This document shows positions 41,648-51,297 of a stretch of 64,000 nt of DNA, piece after piece. The translations under genes and the position numbers were made by a program. Each line of letters opens with the position of its first letter. The stretch's first letter is position 1. The DNA lies in the NCBI GenBank assembly GCA_039030515.1, contig JBCCEA010000012.1, positions 39,546 through 103,545 of the forward strand. The letters run 5' to 3'. The stretch is from Myxococcota bacterium (lineage in GTDB: Bacteria > Myxococcota_A > Polyangia > Polyangiales > Houyiibacteriaceae). The notes beneath the pieces are model-generated. The model was not told the DNA's origin. It worked only from the letters and a program-made list of their open reading frames with translations, and did no database searches.

Positions 41648-43279
41648 CTGCAGCGTAGAAAATACAGACTGTGGACTGTTGGCGTGTCCGCACTAGTGGG
41701 CATGTCGTCGCTGGCGGGATCAGCAAGCTGCAGCGTAGGCGAACGCTCAAGCGTGGAGGTAGAAATCGACGCGCTATCTTCAGCGACGCGGCTCTTTGAG
41801 AGAACGGAGTTTCATGGCGTTTCTGACTCCGAGAGCGAACTGCTGATCTCTCCTGCCTGGACGACGGCCCTAACCGACCGACTCGGTTTCCAGTTCACGA
41901 CAAGAAACAGATTTCCATTCATCCTTGGTAACACGCCCCACAGCCTATCAAACGACAGCCTACCAAACGCCCAGTCGATTTACGTGCGGGCATTTCAAAA
42001 TGGAAGGTTTGGACCATGGCGTGCAGCCAAAACTAAATTCTTCGATGGTCAGCTCGGTGTGGCCAAAATCGACCTGGCCACACCGGCGAAAAGGTTTCAG
42101 TTCGGTCTGCAGCCGGAAACCGACATGGCGTACATCCGGGTCAGCAGCCATCGGCGCACGCACGACCGGAAGGAACCCGAAGAACTGGAGAGGCTGCAGC
42201 TCCCTTTGCGACAAGACCTCATCAACTTGGGCGTTCGTCCGAGAGATTCATGGAACGCCCGCGCCGCTCGATGCGGTACCGAGGATACGCTCAAGTCTCG
42301 AATCACGATCCATCACACGGCAACGCCAACCGCAGACCCCCCAGAGTCGCGCTTGAGGGCCATGCAGGCTTATCATCAGGACGTCTTGCAGTGGTGCGAT
42401 ATCGGCTACCATTTTATGATCTCTCTGGATGGAGTGATCTGGGCAGGGCGTCCAGTAGACGACCTAGGCGCTCACGTTGAGGGCAACAACCTTGAAAACA
42501 TCGGTATCGCTCTGATGGGATGCTTTCAAATTGAAGGTTGCAGCGACTGGACTCCCAATATTCCGAGCAAACCCATGCTGGACGCCGCAGTTGGACTGAT
42601 TCGTCATCTTTCAGAGCACTACGCTTTCGAAGTCACTATCGAGACCCTCTTGGGCCATCGCGATGTGGCTTCCTCCTCAACTGCGTGCCCTGGAGCACAT
42701 CTATATGCGCGACTCGATGAAATACGAGAGCGCTCCAAAAGCGCAACGCTCTCCCCACCGAAAGTGAACCTAAGCCACGTCGTCGATCAGCGACTCGATG
42801 CGGGACGGCGCTCGTTCATCGCCGTGCGCGAAGAACCATCGTCAGCGTTTGGGACCGGCGACGACGAAATTGACGCGCATTCGATTCCGCAGAATGGCGG
42901 CAGAACTGCCTCCTTCGAGCCGACATACCCAGATGGACTGAGTTCATCCGACGCAGGGGCCGTCGGGGGGGCGAAGACATCGAGCTGCTCGGTGACGACG
43001 CGCGCTCCTTTCTCGCTCATCGCGTTCATCATCGCGGCGATATCAGGCGCGACTGGCCGGCGATATCGCTGGAGAATTCCGGAACAAGTTCAGAACAAAC
43101 GCACTGCGATTCGCCGACGTGCAACCACAGCGCTATGCTGCTCGAGTGCCTGCTCCTATGCGTGTCTTGCTCATCCACCCTCCGACCAGCCTCGCACCAG
43201 ATTTCATCGATTATCCGTACTGGAGCGATCTGGGAACCGTGCAACTGGCCGCGTGCATCCGCCAGAGCCCGGAGATTGA
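41648..43279 (+). CDS. N-acetylmuramoyl-L-alanine amidase (Amidase_2/PGRP-like) lipoprotein
   Basis: ITIHHTA, WCDIGYHF, GAHV, NIGI, GHRD...TACPG. Probable CTG start at 41648 after GAGGGG gives a complete signal peptide ending SAS-C. Confidence 0.85.
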   Translation: MQRRKYRLWTVGVSALVGMSSLAGSASCSVGERSSVEVEIDALSSATRLFERTEFHGVSDSESELLISPAWTTALTDRLGFQFTTRNRFPFILGNTPHSLSNDSLPNAQSIYVRAFQNGRFGPWRAAKTKFFDGQLGVAKIDLATPAKRFQFGLQPETDMAYIRVSSHRRTHDRKEPEELERLQLPLRQDLINLGVRPRDSWNARAARCGTEDTLKSRITIHHTATPTADPPESRLRAMQAYHQDVLQWCDIGYHFMISLDGVIWAGRPVDDLGAHVEGNNLENIGIALMGCFQIEGCSDWTPNIPSKPMLDAAVGLIRHLSEHYAFEVTIETLLGHRDVASSSTACPGAHLYARLDEIRERSKSATLSPPKVNLSHVVDQRLDAGRRSFIAVREEPSSAFGTGDDEIDAHSIPQNGGRTASFEPTYPDGLSSSDAGAVGGAKTSSCSVTTRAPFSLIAFIIAAISGATGRRYRWRIPEQVQNKRTAIRRRATTALCCSSACSYACLAHPPSDQPRTRFHRLSVLERSGNRATGRVHPPEPGD

Positions 43280-45467
43280 GTTCACGCTCGTTCATAGTTT
43301 TGATCTCAGAAACTCAAATATTGAACGGCGCGGTGACGGACGCTGGCATCTTGGGGCACCGGTTGAAGAAGTGGTGCGGGCATCTCCAAGCGCTGACGTC
43401 ACCATCATCGCAGTGTCTCCATTTCACCGTCCCCCTGGACGCGACGACACGCTTGGGACGCTTATCGAAGGCTTGAAAAAGAAAACGTCGATGCTGTGGC
43501 TGGTCGATGCGTACCAGTCTGGACAGCACTACATCGAGAGCGATGATCTCCGTAAGGCCTACCCGGAAGCAGATATTTGGATCAAATATGAAGCTGAACG
43601 GACCACGATGAAGCGGCTCACGGAGGTCCTTTCTGGTAAGCGACCTCAGGGCGTTTTTCACGGCGAGCAACCCACCCTCGATATGCTGCCAAATCCGGCT
43701 TGGGATCTGGTGGATCTCGACGCACTCGACAGCTTTCATTCCCGAGTCGATCGAGCACTCGGCCGCTCAAGTTGGGCTTATCCGGTCGGAGGAAGAACGC
43801 TTCCTCTGGTCACCACTCGGGGTTGTCCCTTCCGCTGTGTTCACTGCAGCAGCAACCCCGATAGGCGAGCTGGGGAACCAAAAACGCAAAGGCGATACTC
43901 TAGAGAGCGGCTCTCCCAGTACTTGTCGGAGCTGGTGGAGGTGCACGGGGCGAAGCGATTCGCGATCCTAGACGAACTTATCAATGTGCACCCCCGACAC
44001 TTTGACAGCGTGCTCGAGCTTATCGAATCGCTTGACGTTCGCTTCGATGTGCCGAACGGCTTTAGAGCCGACTATCTGAAACCGAAACACTTCGCACGCA
44101 TGCGTGGCAGAACCTATTTCGCGAGTGTCAGTGCGGAAAGTGCCTCAAAAAGGGTGCTTGAGGACGTGGTGGACAAACAACTCGATCTTCGGGCCATCGA
44201 TCAAGCTGCCGAACATGCCTACCGAGCGGGAGTGCCGCTCATGATCCACTACATCATTGGGCTTCCAGGCGAAACTGGAGCGGAGGTCAATGAGACACTC
44301 AACTATGCCCTAGACTTGTGGGATCGGTTCCGAGCGTATCCCGCAGTTCAATTTGCAACACCTCTACCGGGAACCAGACTCGCTAAGATTCGAATAGCCA
44401 ATAAACTAGAACTCCATCCAGAACGTGATTGGGGGCCTCATTTCCAGAAGAACCCGTTGAGCAGCGATCAGCTGTCCACAGAAACGCTGCACGCTTTTCT
44501 GGACACCTTTCAAAAGCGACTTCGTGAAAGTAGTGGCGCAAAAAAACTGATCATGAATGTGACCTACATGTGCAATAATCATTGTAATTTTTGCGCAGTG
44601 GGCACCCGAACCCAAATCGACGGACATCCTACCCGCCAGAGAGAGTTTCTAGAGCACTACCGCCAAATGGGCGTAGACATGGTGGATTTCGACGGGGGTG
44701 AACCCTCCCTCAACCCTGAACTCGTCCCGCTGATTCGCTATGCAAAGCGGATCGGATACCGACGAATCCACGTTACGACGAATGGTCGTCTTTGCGCATA
44801 CGAGTCCTACGCCCAAAAGCTCGTAGAGTCGGGCATTACAAGCTTACTCTTCAGCGTGCACGGCCATGATCGTCGGACCCATGCACACCATGTGGGCGTA
44901 GCCGAGGCCTTCGATCAGACCTGTGAAGGGATACAAAACTGCGTCTCACTCAGCCCGCCAGAGGTAGATATGGGAATGAATATCACCCTGACAAAACACA
45001 ACTACACAAAAATGCAAGAGGTTGCTGAACTGAGTTGGAAACTCGGTCTTCGATGGCTCAACGTTCAGTTTCTTACTCCATTCGGACGCGCCACAAAGGA
45101 GTTGGCTCCCGATATGGATGGCGCCGCAGCGGAAACCATGAGACTCATCGATGTCTGGCATGAGCGAATGAAGTTGCAGGTCATCAATCTGCCGTTTTGT
45201 TTTATGCCAGGTTATGAGCAGTATGTAGAGGGTGATCTGAGTAAGCTCTCACGGCATATGCTCTTTGTGAACAATGAGTCCGTCAATCTATCGAAGTATC
45301 TGGCGGAACGTCGAACGAAAAAAGATGTCTGTGCGCGCTGTCCACACGCTTGCTTTTGCGGCGGGTTCTACGAGCTTGAAGACGTACCGGAACCTGAATG
45401 GATCGTGACCAAAGATTCTCTATTGAGACGGCCGGACGAAACGGCGATACCTGACCGACAGCGTTAG
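43158..45467 (+). CDS. Double radical SAM fusion: B12-binding-type radical SAM module plus HxsC-like radical SAM module
   Basis: MRVLLIHPP N-terminus and TRGCPFRCVHC; second motif CNNHCNFC, DGGEP, LPFC...CARCPHACFCGG. Confidence 0.88.
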   Translation: MRVLLIHPPTSLAPDFIDYPYWSDLGTVQLAACIRQSPEIEFTLVHSFDLRNSNIERRGDGRWHLGAPVEEVVRASPSADVTIIAVSPFHRPPGRDDTLGTLIEGLKKKTSMLWLVDAYQSGQHYIESDDLRKAYPEADIWIKYEAERTTMKRLTEVLSGKRPQGVFHGEQPTLDMLPNPAWDLVDLDALDSFHSRVDRALGRSSWAYPVGGRTLPLVTTRGCPFRCVHCSSNPDRRAGEPKTQRRYSRERLSQYLSELVEVHGAKRFAILDELINVHPRHFDSVLELIESLDVRFDVPNGFRADYLKPKHFARMRGRTYFASVSAESASKRVLEDVVDKQLDLRAIDQAAEHAYRAGVPLMIHYIIGLPGETGAEVNETLNYALDLWDRFRAYPAVQFATPLPGTRLAKIRIANKLELHPERDWGPHFQKNPLSSDQLSTETLHAFLDTFQKRLRESSGAKKLIMNVTYMCNNHCNFCAVGTRTQIDGHPTRQREFLEHYRQMGVDMVDFDGGEPSLNPELVPLIRYAKRIGYRRIHVTTNGRLCAYESYAQKLVESGITSLLFSVHGHDRRTHAHHVGVAEAFDQTCEGIQNCVSLSPPEVDMGMNITLTKHNYTKMQEVAELSWKLGLRWLNVQFLTPFGRATKELAPDMDGAAAETMRLIDVWHERMKLQVINLPFCFMPGYEQYVEGDLSKLSRHMLFVNNESVNLSKYLAERRTKKDVCARCPHACFCGGFYELEDVPEPEWIVTKDSLLRRPDETAIPDRQR

Positions 45468-45531
45468 GTGGCTGTACGAATCTAGAGTCGCAAAGATCGA
45501 CAACGCCCAGAATACTAGCAGAGCGCGAAGT

Positions 45532-46482
45532 CTACGGGACCGGCAGCACTTGGAGCCGGCGAGCGCCAACCGATGGCGATTCACCTTTAGCCGAGGCGAT
45601 TTCTACATCCCCGAATACATCCAAATAATCACGACGCATCCCGGGACAGCGCCTGCGATCATCACATTCCTCACACACTTGGGTGTGTGTATTTGGAGTC
45701 AACTTGGCGTCGCTTAGATCGAACATGCCATCAGGCGAAAGCACCCGTACCCCCTCCTCGGCGGGATTTAGGTGAATATGCTGCAAGGACGGCCCCAATA
45801 GGCAAATAGGCAGGTGAAGTGAACGAATCTTGATTTCGGGCACCTGCTTCAGTGCTGTCTCGACAAAGGGAATGACGTCGATCATTTTAGGCAAAGATTC
45901 TAGGTTGTGCCGGTTTCCGTCGGTTAGGGAGACAAACCAAAGCCAGGCCTCTCGCATGCCGAAGGAGTGAATCCAGGCGAGTGCTTCGGGCAGATGTCGA
46001 TAAGTATCTTCTTTAAGAATCACTTCTGCAACGCACTCTAGTCGAGTCGATGCACACGAAGCTTTCATCTGAACTAGATTTTCTAGAGCTTGGACCAGTA
46101 GGGGAAACGTGCCTTCGCGTCGAACCAACCGCTCGTACTCCGTAGGTCGGTGCGTGTGAATCGAAACGTGAAATCGAGTCACGCCAGCCTCGACCAGGCG
46201 CGCCACATTCGCAGCCTCCGCAAGCAATAGCCCGTTAGTTTGCAGCTTGATGTCGCAGAAACCGAGCTTTCTTGCTTCCCGAATCAGCGGTAGTAGATCG
46301 GACCGTATCGAGGGCTCGCCACCGGTCAGGGCCACCCGCTCGTAGCCTTCACGTCTGGCCTGCCTCATCGCATGGACCACCTGACGCGCGGTGAGGGCTC
46401 GCTCGCGCATCTCTTTTGTAATCGTGCAGTAATCGCACCAGAGATTGCAATCGTATCCCAAGACGATATCAAGCAGAGACAT
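45532..46482 (-). CDS. Radical SAM protein, HxsC-like
   Basis: CNLWCDYC, LTGGEP, QTNG, LPIC...CEECDDRRRCPG; start at MSLLDIV. Confidence 0.9.
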   Translation of the reverse strand: MSLLDIVLGYDCNLWCDYCTITKEMRERALTARQVVHAMRQARREGYERVALTGGEPSIRSDLLPLIREARKLGFCDIKLQTNGLLLAEAANVARLVEAGVTRFHVSIHTHRPTEYERLVRREGTFPLLVQALENLVQMKASCASTRLECVAEVILKEDTYRHLPEALAWIHSFGMREAWLWFVSLTDGNRHNLESLPKMIDVIPFVETALKQVPEIKIRSLHLPICLLGPSLQHIHLNPAEEGVRVLSPDGMFDLSDAKLTPNTHTQVCEECDDRRRCPGMRRDYLDVFGDVEIASAKGESPSVGARRLQVLPVP

Positions 46483-46549
46483 TGCGTGCTCGCGCCTTTC
46501 GGTTCGACAGAGGTACGTTCGACCCTCTATACGAAGATTGCTGCATAGT

Positions 46550-47623
46550 GTGAAAGAAACGCCCTCCAACGTCCATACTCCTATCCGTCTGACGTATCAC
46601 TGTACCCAGGCCTGTATGTTCTGCGGCATTAGTGAAAAAAAATCAGAGGAATCGAGTCAGCCAAAGGGCTTGATGGAGCAACTCGCCGAACTTCGTCAAC
46701 ATACAGATGTGGTGACGCTCTCCGGAGGCGAGCCAACTTTGTCGCCATATCTGCTCGAATGCGTGCGCGAGGCATATCGACTCGATTTTCGCCGGATCGC
46801 GATCCAATCGAATGGCTCATTTGAAAACGCGGAAGAGCCATGTTCTGATCAAAATGACGTTCAAAGGGCAAAGCTCATCGCCCTTCGCGACGCAGGGATG
46901 ACCGAAGTACAGGTTTCGATTCACTCGATGAACACAGACTGCCAGGCCTACCTCACTGGACGAAAACAGAGCTCTGACTATGCTTTTCATCTGCTTTCTA
47001 CCGCACGTCGCTTGGCGATACCTGCATCTGTAAACACCGTAATCACTCGTTCCAACTATCGTGAGCTCGCCCTCTTACCGGCTCCCCTGGCAGGAGCTGA
47101 AGTGAAGGCATGGCATCTCGTTTGGCCTCAGGTCATTGGGCGAGCTCGCATCAATTTTGCTCGAATTGTACCTACGCTCTCGATTGCCGTTCCGTACATG
47201 CTTCACGCTGTTGCCAAGGCAGAGTCCAGAAGTCTGAAAGCGTCGATCACGGGCGTTCCGCATTGCCTTCTCGGCCCGTATGTCCGCATCGCGACAGAGG
47301 CCGCAGCTGGCCCCACTCGCTTTGCAACGAAATGCAGCCGGTGTTCTCTTCGGAGCCGCTGCAGCGGTCTTGACCCTCGCTACATGGCCCGTTTTGGCGA
47401 TGGAGAACTGCGACCTCAACGTCTACCGCCTTCAGACAACGCGTTCGAGTCGACAAGTTCGGAGAAGCAGATGGGTACGATGAGCACCCCCCCAACAGGA
47501 TGGGGTGCTCTGTTCGAGTTAGAGCCCTCCGAAACAGATCCGAACGCTGAAGAAAAAGGGCGCGAGGTACGACTAGCTCTGCCTGTCGTCCGCGAAGTGA
47601 GTCCGAAAGAAAAAAAAGACTAG
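46550..47623 (+). CDS. Radical SAM protein, HxsC-like
   Basis: CTQACMFC, LSGGEPT, QSNG, VPHC...CSRCSLRSRCSG; GTG start inferred. Confidence 0.85.
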   Translation: MKETPSNVHTPIRLTYHCTQACMFCGISEKKSEESSQPKGLMEQLAELRQHTDVVTLSGGEPTLSPYLLECVREAYRLDFRRIAIQSNGSFENAEEPCSDQNDVQRAKLIALRDAGMTEVQVSIHSMNTDCQAYLTGRKQSSDYAFHLLSTARRLAIPASVNTVITRSNYRELALLPAPLAGAEVKAWHLVWPQVIGRARINFARIVPTLSIAVPYMLHAVAKAESRSLKASITGVPHCLLGPYVRIATEAAAGPTRFATKCSRCSLRSRCSGLDPRYMARFGDGELRPQRLPPSDNAFESTSSEKQMGTMSTPPTGWGALFELEPSETDPNAEEKGREVRLALPVVREVSPKEKKD

Positions 47624-47798
47624 TGGGCCAAGGAACAATCTGGTCGTGCCTTCCGTTATGCGATGGGCTTGCGGTGCTCATTACGACAAAAACCTGAACA
47701 AGCACCGAACAAACCGCACTAGCTGCGGCACCAAACCTGGACGAGTCTTGGGCAACCCGTACTAGGTACGGCGGCAAATCTGCAGAGCCGCCTAGGGT

Positions 47799-47854
47799 GG
47801 TCCCGCGGATCTTGGTCACCCGCGGCTCTTAGTCACCCGCGGCTCTCGGTCACC
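47799..47854. repeat. About 17-bp imperfect tandem repeat (about 3.3 copies)
   Basis: ggtcccgcggatctt / ggtcacccgcggctctt / agtcacccgcggctctc / ggtcacc. Confidence 0.8.
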
Positions 47855-47974
47855 AGGGAGGCCGGGGACGACGCGCATCAGACGGCGGCAACCGTACGAT
47901 TTGGACCGCAACGAGCATGAACGCGACGCGCGTGGTATGGGTTCTCAGTACACTTCTTGTTTCGGGATTGATCG

Positions 47975-49162
47975 ATGGACCGTACGTTTCTGCACCACCT
48001 ACGTAGCGAAACCCAAGACCTTCGAGACTCAGGCCTCTTCAAGGACGAACGAGTCATCGAGTCGCCACAGCAGTCAGCGATCCGAGTACAGGGCGGGCAG
48101 GAAGTACTCAATTTCTGCGCAAACAACTACCTCGGGTTGTCCAATCACCCCGCCCTGATCGAAAGCGCAAAAAGAGCGCTCGACGAGTTCGGATTTGGCA
48201 TGAGCTCAGTACGGTTCATCTGCGGGACTCAAAGCGTGCATAAAGAGCTCGAGGCGCGGATCAGCCGATTCCTCGGCACTGAAGATACGATTCTCTACTC
48301 TTCTTGCTTCGACGCCAATGGGGGGCTTTTCGAAACGCTGCTGGGCCGGGAAGACGCCGTGATCAGTGATGCGCTCAACCACGCATCGATCATCGACGGT
48401 ATTCGGCTTTGCAAGGCGCAGCGCTACCGATTCGAAAGCAGCAACATGGTCGATCTGCGGTCCAAATTGGAGGAAGCCAAAGGCGCTCGAGTGAAGCTCA
48501 TCGCGACAGACGGGGTGTTTTCCATGGACGGCGTTCTCGCCGACCTCAAATCGATTTGCGACCTAGCAAGCGAGTATGGTGCCCTGGTTATGGTGGATGA
48601 CAGCCATGCGGTTGGTTTTATGGGAGAAGACGGGCGCGGCACACACGAGTACTGCGCGGTGATGGATCGGGTCGACATCATCACTGGAACCCTCGGCAAA
48701 GCACTCGGTGGGGCTTCGGGAGGTTACACCAGCGGACGCCATGAGGTGATCGAATGGCTCCGACAGCGGTCGCGGCCCTACTTATTCAGCAACACCTTGG
48801 CGCCCGTGATCGCAAAGACCTCGATTACGGCTCTTGACCTAATCGAGGGAGACTCCTGCCTGCGCGACCGGTTGAAAGTCAACGCTGCTCATTTCCGCAG
48901 CGGCATGGAAGCCGCCGGGTTTCAACTCTCGGGGGCCGACCACCCGATCATTCCAGTCATGCTCGGCGATGCGAAGGTTGCAGCGCGTATGGCTTCTGCA
49001 TTGCTTGAAATGGGAATTTACGTGACAGGTTTCAGCTATCCCGTCGTGCCCAAAGGCCAGGCGCGCATCCGAGTACAAATATCGGCGGCTCACGAATCGG
49101 CTCAAATCACCCGAGCTATCGACGCCTTTACCAATATCGGTAGACAGATGGGTGTGCTTTGA
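47975..49162 (+). CDS. kbl: Glycine C-acetyltransferase (2-amino-3-ketobutyrate CoA ligase)
   Basis: [43 protein letters not shown]. Confidence 0.97.
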   Translation: MDRTFLHHLRSETQDLRDSGLFKDERVIESPQQSAIRVQGGQEVLNFCANNYLGLSNHPALIESAKRALDEFGFGMSSVRFICGTQSVHKELEARISRFLGTEDTILYSSCFDANGGLFETLLGREDAVISDALNHASIIDGIRLCKAQRYRFESSNMVDLRSKLEEAKGARVKLIATDGVFSMDGVLADLKSICDLASEYGALVMVDDSHAVGFMGEDGRGTHEYCAVMDRVDIITGTLGKALGGASGGYTSGRHEVIEWLRQRSRPYLFSNTLAPVIAKTSITALDLIEGDSCLRDRLKVNAAHFRSGMEAAGFQLSGADHPIIPVMLGDAKVAARMASALLEMGIYVTGFSYPVVPKGQARIRVQISAAHESAQITRAIDAFTNIGRQMGVL

Positions 49163-50211
49163 TGAAAGCCCTAGTCAAGAGTCATCCCCGTGAGGGCATT
49201 TGGCTTTCGGAAGAAGAGGTTCCAAGCCCAGGACCGAACGATTTACTCATCCGCATAAGAAAAACAGCGATTTGCGGAACGGACATCCACATCTTCAACT
49301 GGGATGACTGGGCTCAAAAAACCATTCCAGTCCCTATGATCACGGGCCATGAGTTCGTGGGAGATGTCGTCGCTGTCGGAAGCCATGTTCAAGGTTTTGA
49401 GGTGGGCCAAAGGGTCTCTGGCGAAGGTCACGTTACTTGCGGGTACTGTCGCAACTGTCGCGCAGGACGCCGTCATCTATGCAGAAACACGGTAGGGATC
49501 GGAGTGAATCGCACGGGAGCCTTTGCGGAGTATCTGTGCCTGCCAGCCGTCAATGCGTTTAAGATCCCCCCGAGCATTCCCGATTCCATCGCTTCCATCC
49601 TGGACCCATTGGGCAATGCAACCCACGCAGCGCTTTCGTTCGATCTCGTTGGGGAGGACGTGCTCATCACTGGCGCCGGGCCCATCGGTTTGATGGCCGT
49701 GGCCATCTGCAGACATGTGGGAGCCCGAAACGTCGTGATCACCGACATCAATCCGTATCGACTTGAGTTGGCCACAAAAATGGGCGCCACGATGGCCATC
49801 GACGTACGCCATGAATCGATAGCCGACGCTCAGGCATCCATCGGGATGAGCGAGGGCTTCGACGTCGGATTGGAGATGAGCGGCAATCCCCATGGGCTCC
49901 GGGATACCCTCGACAATCTAAACCATGGCGGGAGACTGGCGATACTGGGCATTCCTCCGTCTGAAACTACGATCGACTGGAATCAGGTCGTGTTCAAAGG
50001 ACTCACCTTGAAAGGGATCTACGGTCGGGAAATGTTTGAGACCTGGTATAAGATGCTGAGTATGCTTCAGAGCGGACTCGACATCTCACCGATACTCACC
50101 CATGAGCTACCGATCTCTGATTACGCAGACGGCTTTCACATTATGAAATCCGGCCTTTGCGGTAAGGTCGTCCTGAATTGGACTGAGGAACATCAACCAG
50201 AAGAACTCTGA
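49162..50211 (+). CDS. tdh: L-threonine 3-dehydrogenase
   Basis: ICGTD, GHE, CGYCRNC...C zinc site, [22 protein letters not shown] coupling to kbl. Confidence 0.97.
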   Translation: MKALVKSHPREGIWLSEEEVPSPGPNDLLIRIRKTAICGTDIHIFNWDDWAQKTIPVPMITGHEFVGDVVAVGSHVQGFEVGQRVSGEGHVTCGYCRNCRAGRRHLCRNTVGIGVNRTGAFAEYLCLPAVNAFKIPPSIPDSIASILDPLGNATHAALSFDLVGEDVLITGAGPIGLMAVAICRHVGARNVVITDINPYRLELATKMGATMAIDVRHESIADAQASIGMSEGFDVGLEMSGNPHGLRDTLDNLNHGGRLAILGIPPSETTIDWNQVVFKGLTLKGIYGREMFETWYKMLSMLQSGLDISPILTHELPISDYADGFHIMKSGLCGKVVLNWTEEHQPEEL

Positions 50212-50238
50212 GCGAAGCGCCAGCGGTTCCGGAACCTT

Positions 50239-51216
50239 TCAAACCGGTACCGGAACAAACTCCTCCCAGCCGTGTCGGCTCAGGTAGTTACTCCACACTC
50301 CTTCACAGACTGAATCATATTTGCACTCGGCACATTCCGCCCTCTTTTTTCTCAGAGCATCATCGAGATCGCTGCGTCTTAATTGAACAAGATCGCTATC
50401 GGGACCGCATTGACTTTGGGGGTCTATCTCGGTCAGAAGCGCTATGTCGTGCCCTCCAGAGACAGACTCAAAATGGGTATAGCTCTCGACGAACCCACGG
50501 TTGAAATCAGGCAAACCCTCCGTAGTACAAAGCGGAATATCGACAAAAAACGCCATCGCATCGGGGAAAGCGTTGAGGAATACAGCTGCTTCTTTTGCGA
50601 TCTCAGTATAGCGTGGGAAGATTTTTTCAAAATGCGTATTGGCGCGACCATTGGCCTGCATCACGTTGAACACCACCTGATCCACTCCCAAGTCGCGCAA
50701 GAAGACGTAGATCGAGGCTAAATGCGGCAAGTTGCGCTTGGTCACTACGGTGCTGGTATGCAGCTGTAGTCCAAAACGTTTTAGCGAGGCGATGTTGCGT
50801 ATTCCATTCGTCGTCTGTTCGAACGCACCTGGAGTTCGGACAAGGCTGTCGTGAAGCCGCGACTCATGACCATGAATGCTGACGTAAAATCGATTGATGC
50901 CGGACTTAACCAGCATTTGCGCGTAACGCCGTTGACTGAGCATTCGGGCGTTTGTCATCACGCTGATATTGGCTATGCCTGCTCCCTTAGCCCAGCTGGC
51001 CCATACGGGCAGCCTCCGATTCAGCGTCGGCTCTCCACTGGTAAAGCAGATTTCTTCTGCGCCCGCCTTATTCTCGAGGATCCAACGCACCGTCGAGTCG
51101 TCGGTCTGAGAATTCGTTTCGTATCGGGCGTCTCTATCCTCCTCCATACAGAACAGGCAGTTGTTGTTGCACACGGCTCCGGTCAGTACGTGAACTCGCT
51201 CCTGCCGCGACTTCAT
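50239..51216 (-). CDS. hxsC: His-Xaa-Ser system radical SAM protein, HxsC-like
   Basis: CNNNCLFC, TSGEPT, IPLC...CAECKYDSVCEG; directly downstream of the HxS peptide gene. Confidence 0.8.
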   Translation of the reverse strand: MKSRQERVHVLTGAVCNNNCLFCMEEDRDARYETNSQTDDSTVRWILENKAGAEEICFTSGEPTLNRRLPVWASWAKGAGIANISVMTNARMLSQRRYAQMLVKSGINRFYVSIHGHESRLHDSLVRTPGAFEQTTNGIRNIASLKRFGLQLHTSTVVTKRNLPHLASIYVFLRDLGVDQVVFNVMQANGRANTHFEKIFPRYTEIAKEAAVFLNAFPDAMAFFVDIPLCTTEGLPDFNRGFVESYTHFESVSGGHDIALLTEIDPQSQCGPDSDLVQLRRSDLDDALRKKRAECAECKYDSVCEGVWSNYLSRHGWEEFVPVPV

Positions 51217-51297
51217 CCGATTCCGGGGCGAGTCCTCCCTCTCAGGTTTGATGGAGGTTTGCTGAGAAGAAGCGTCCTGCAGAACGTCGGTCAGGAC

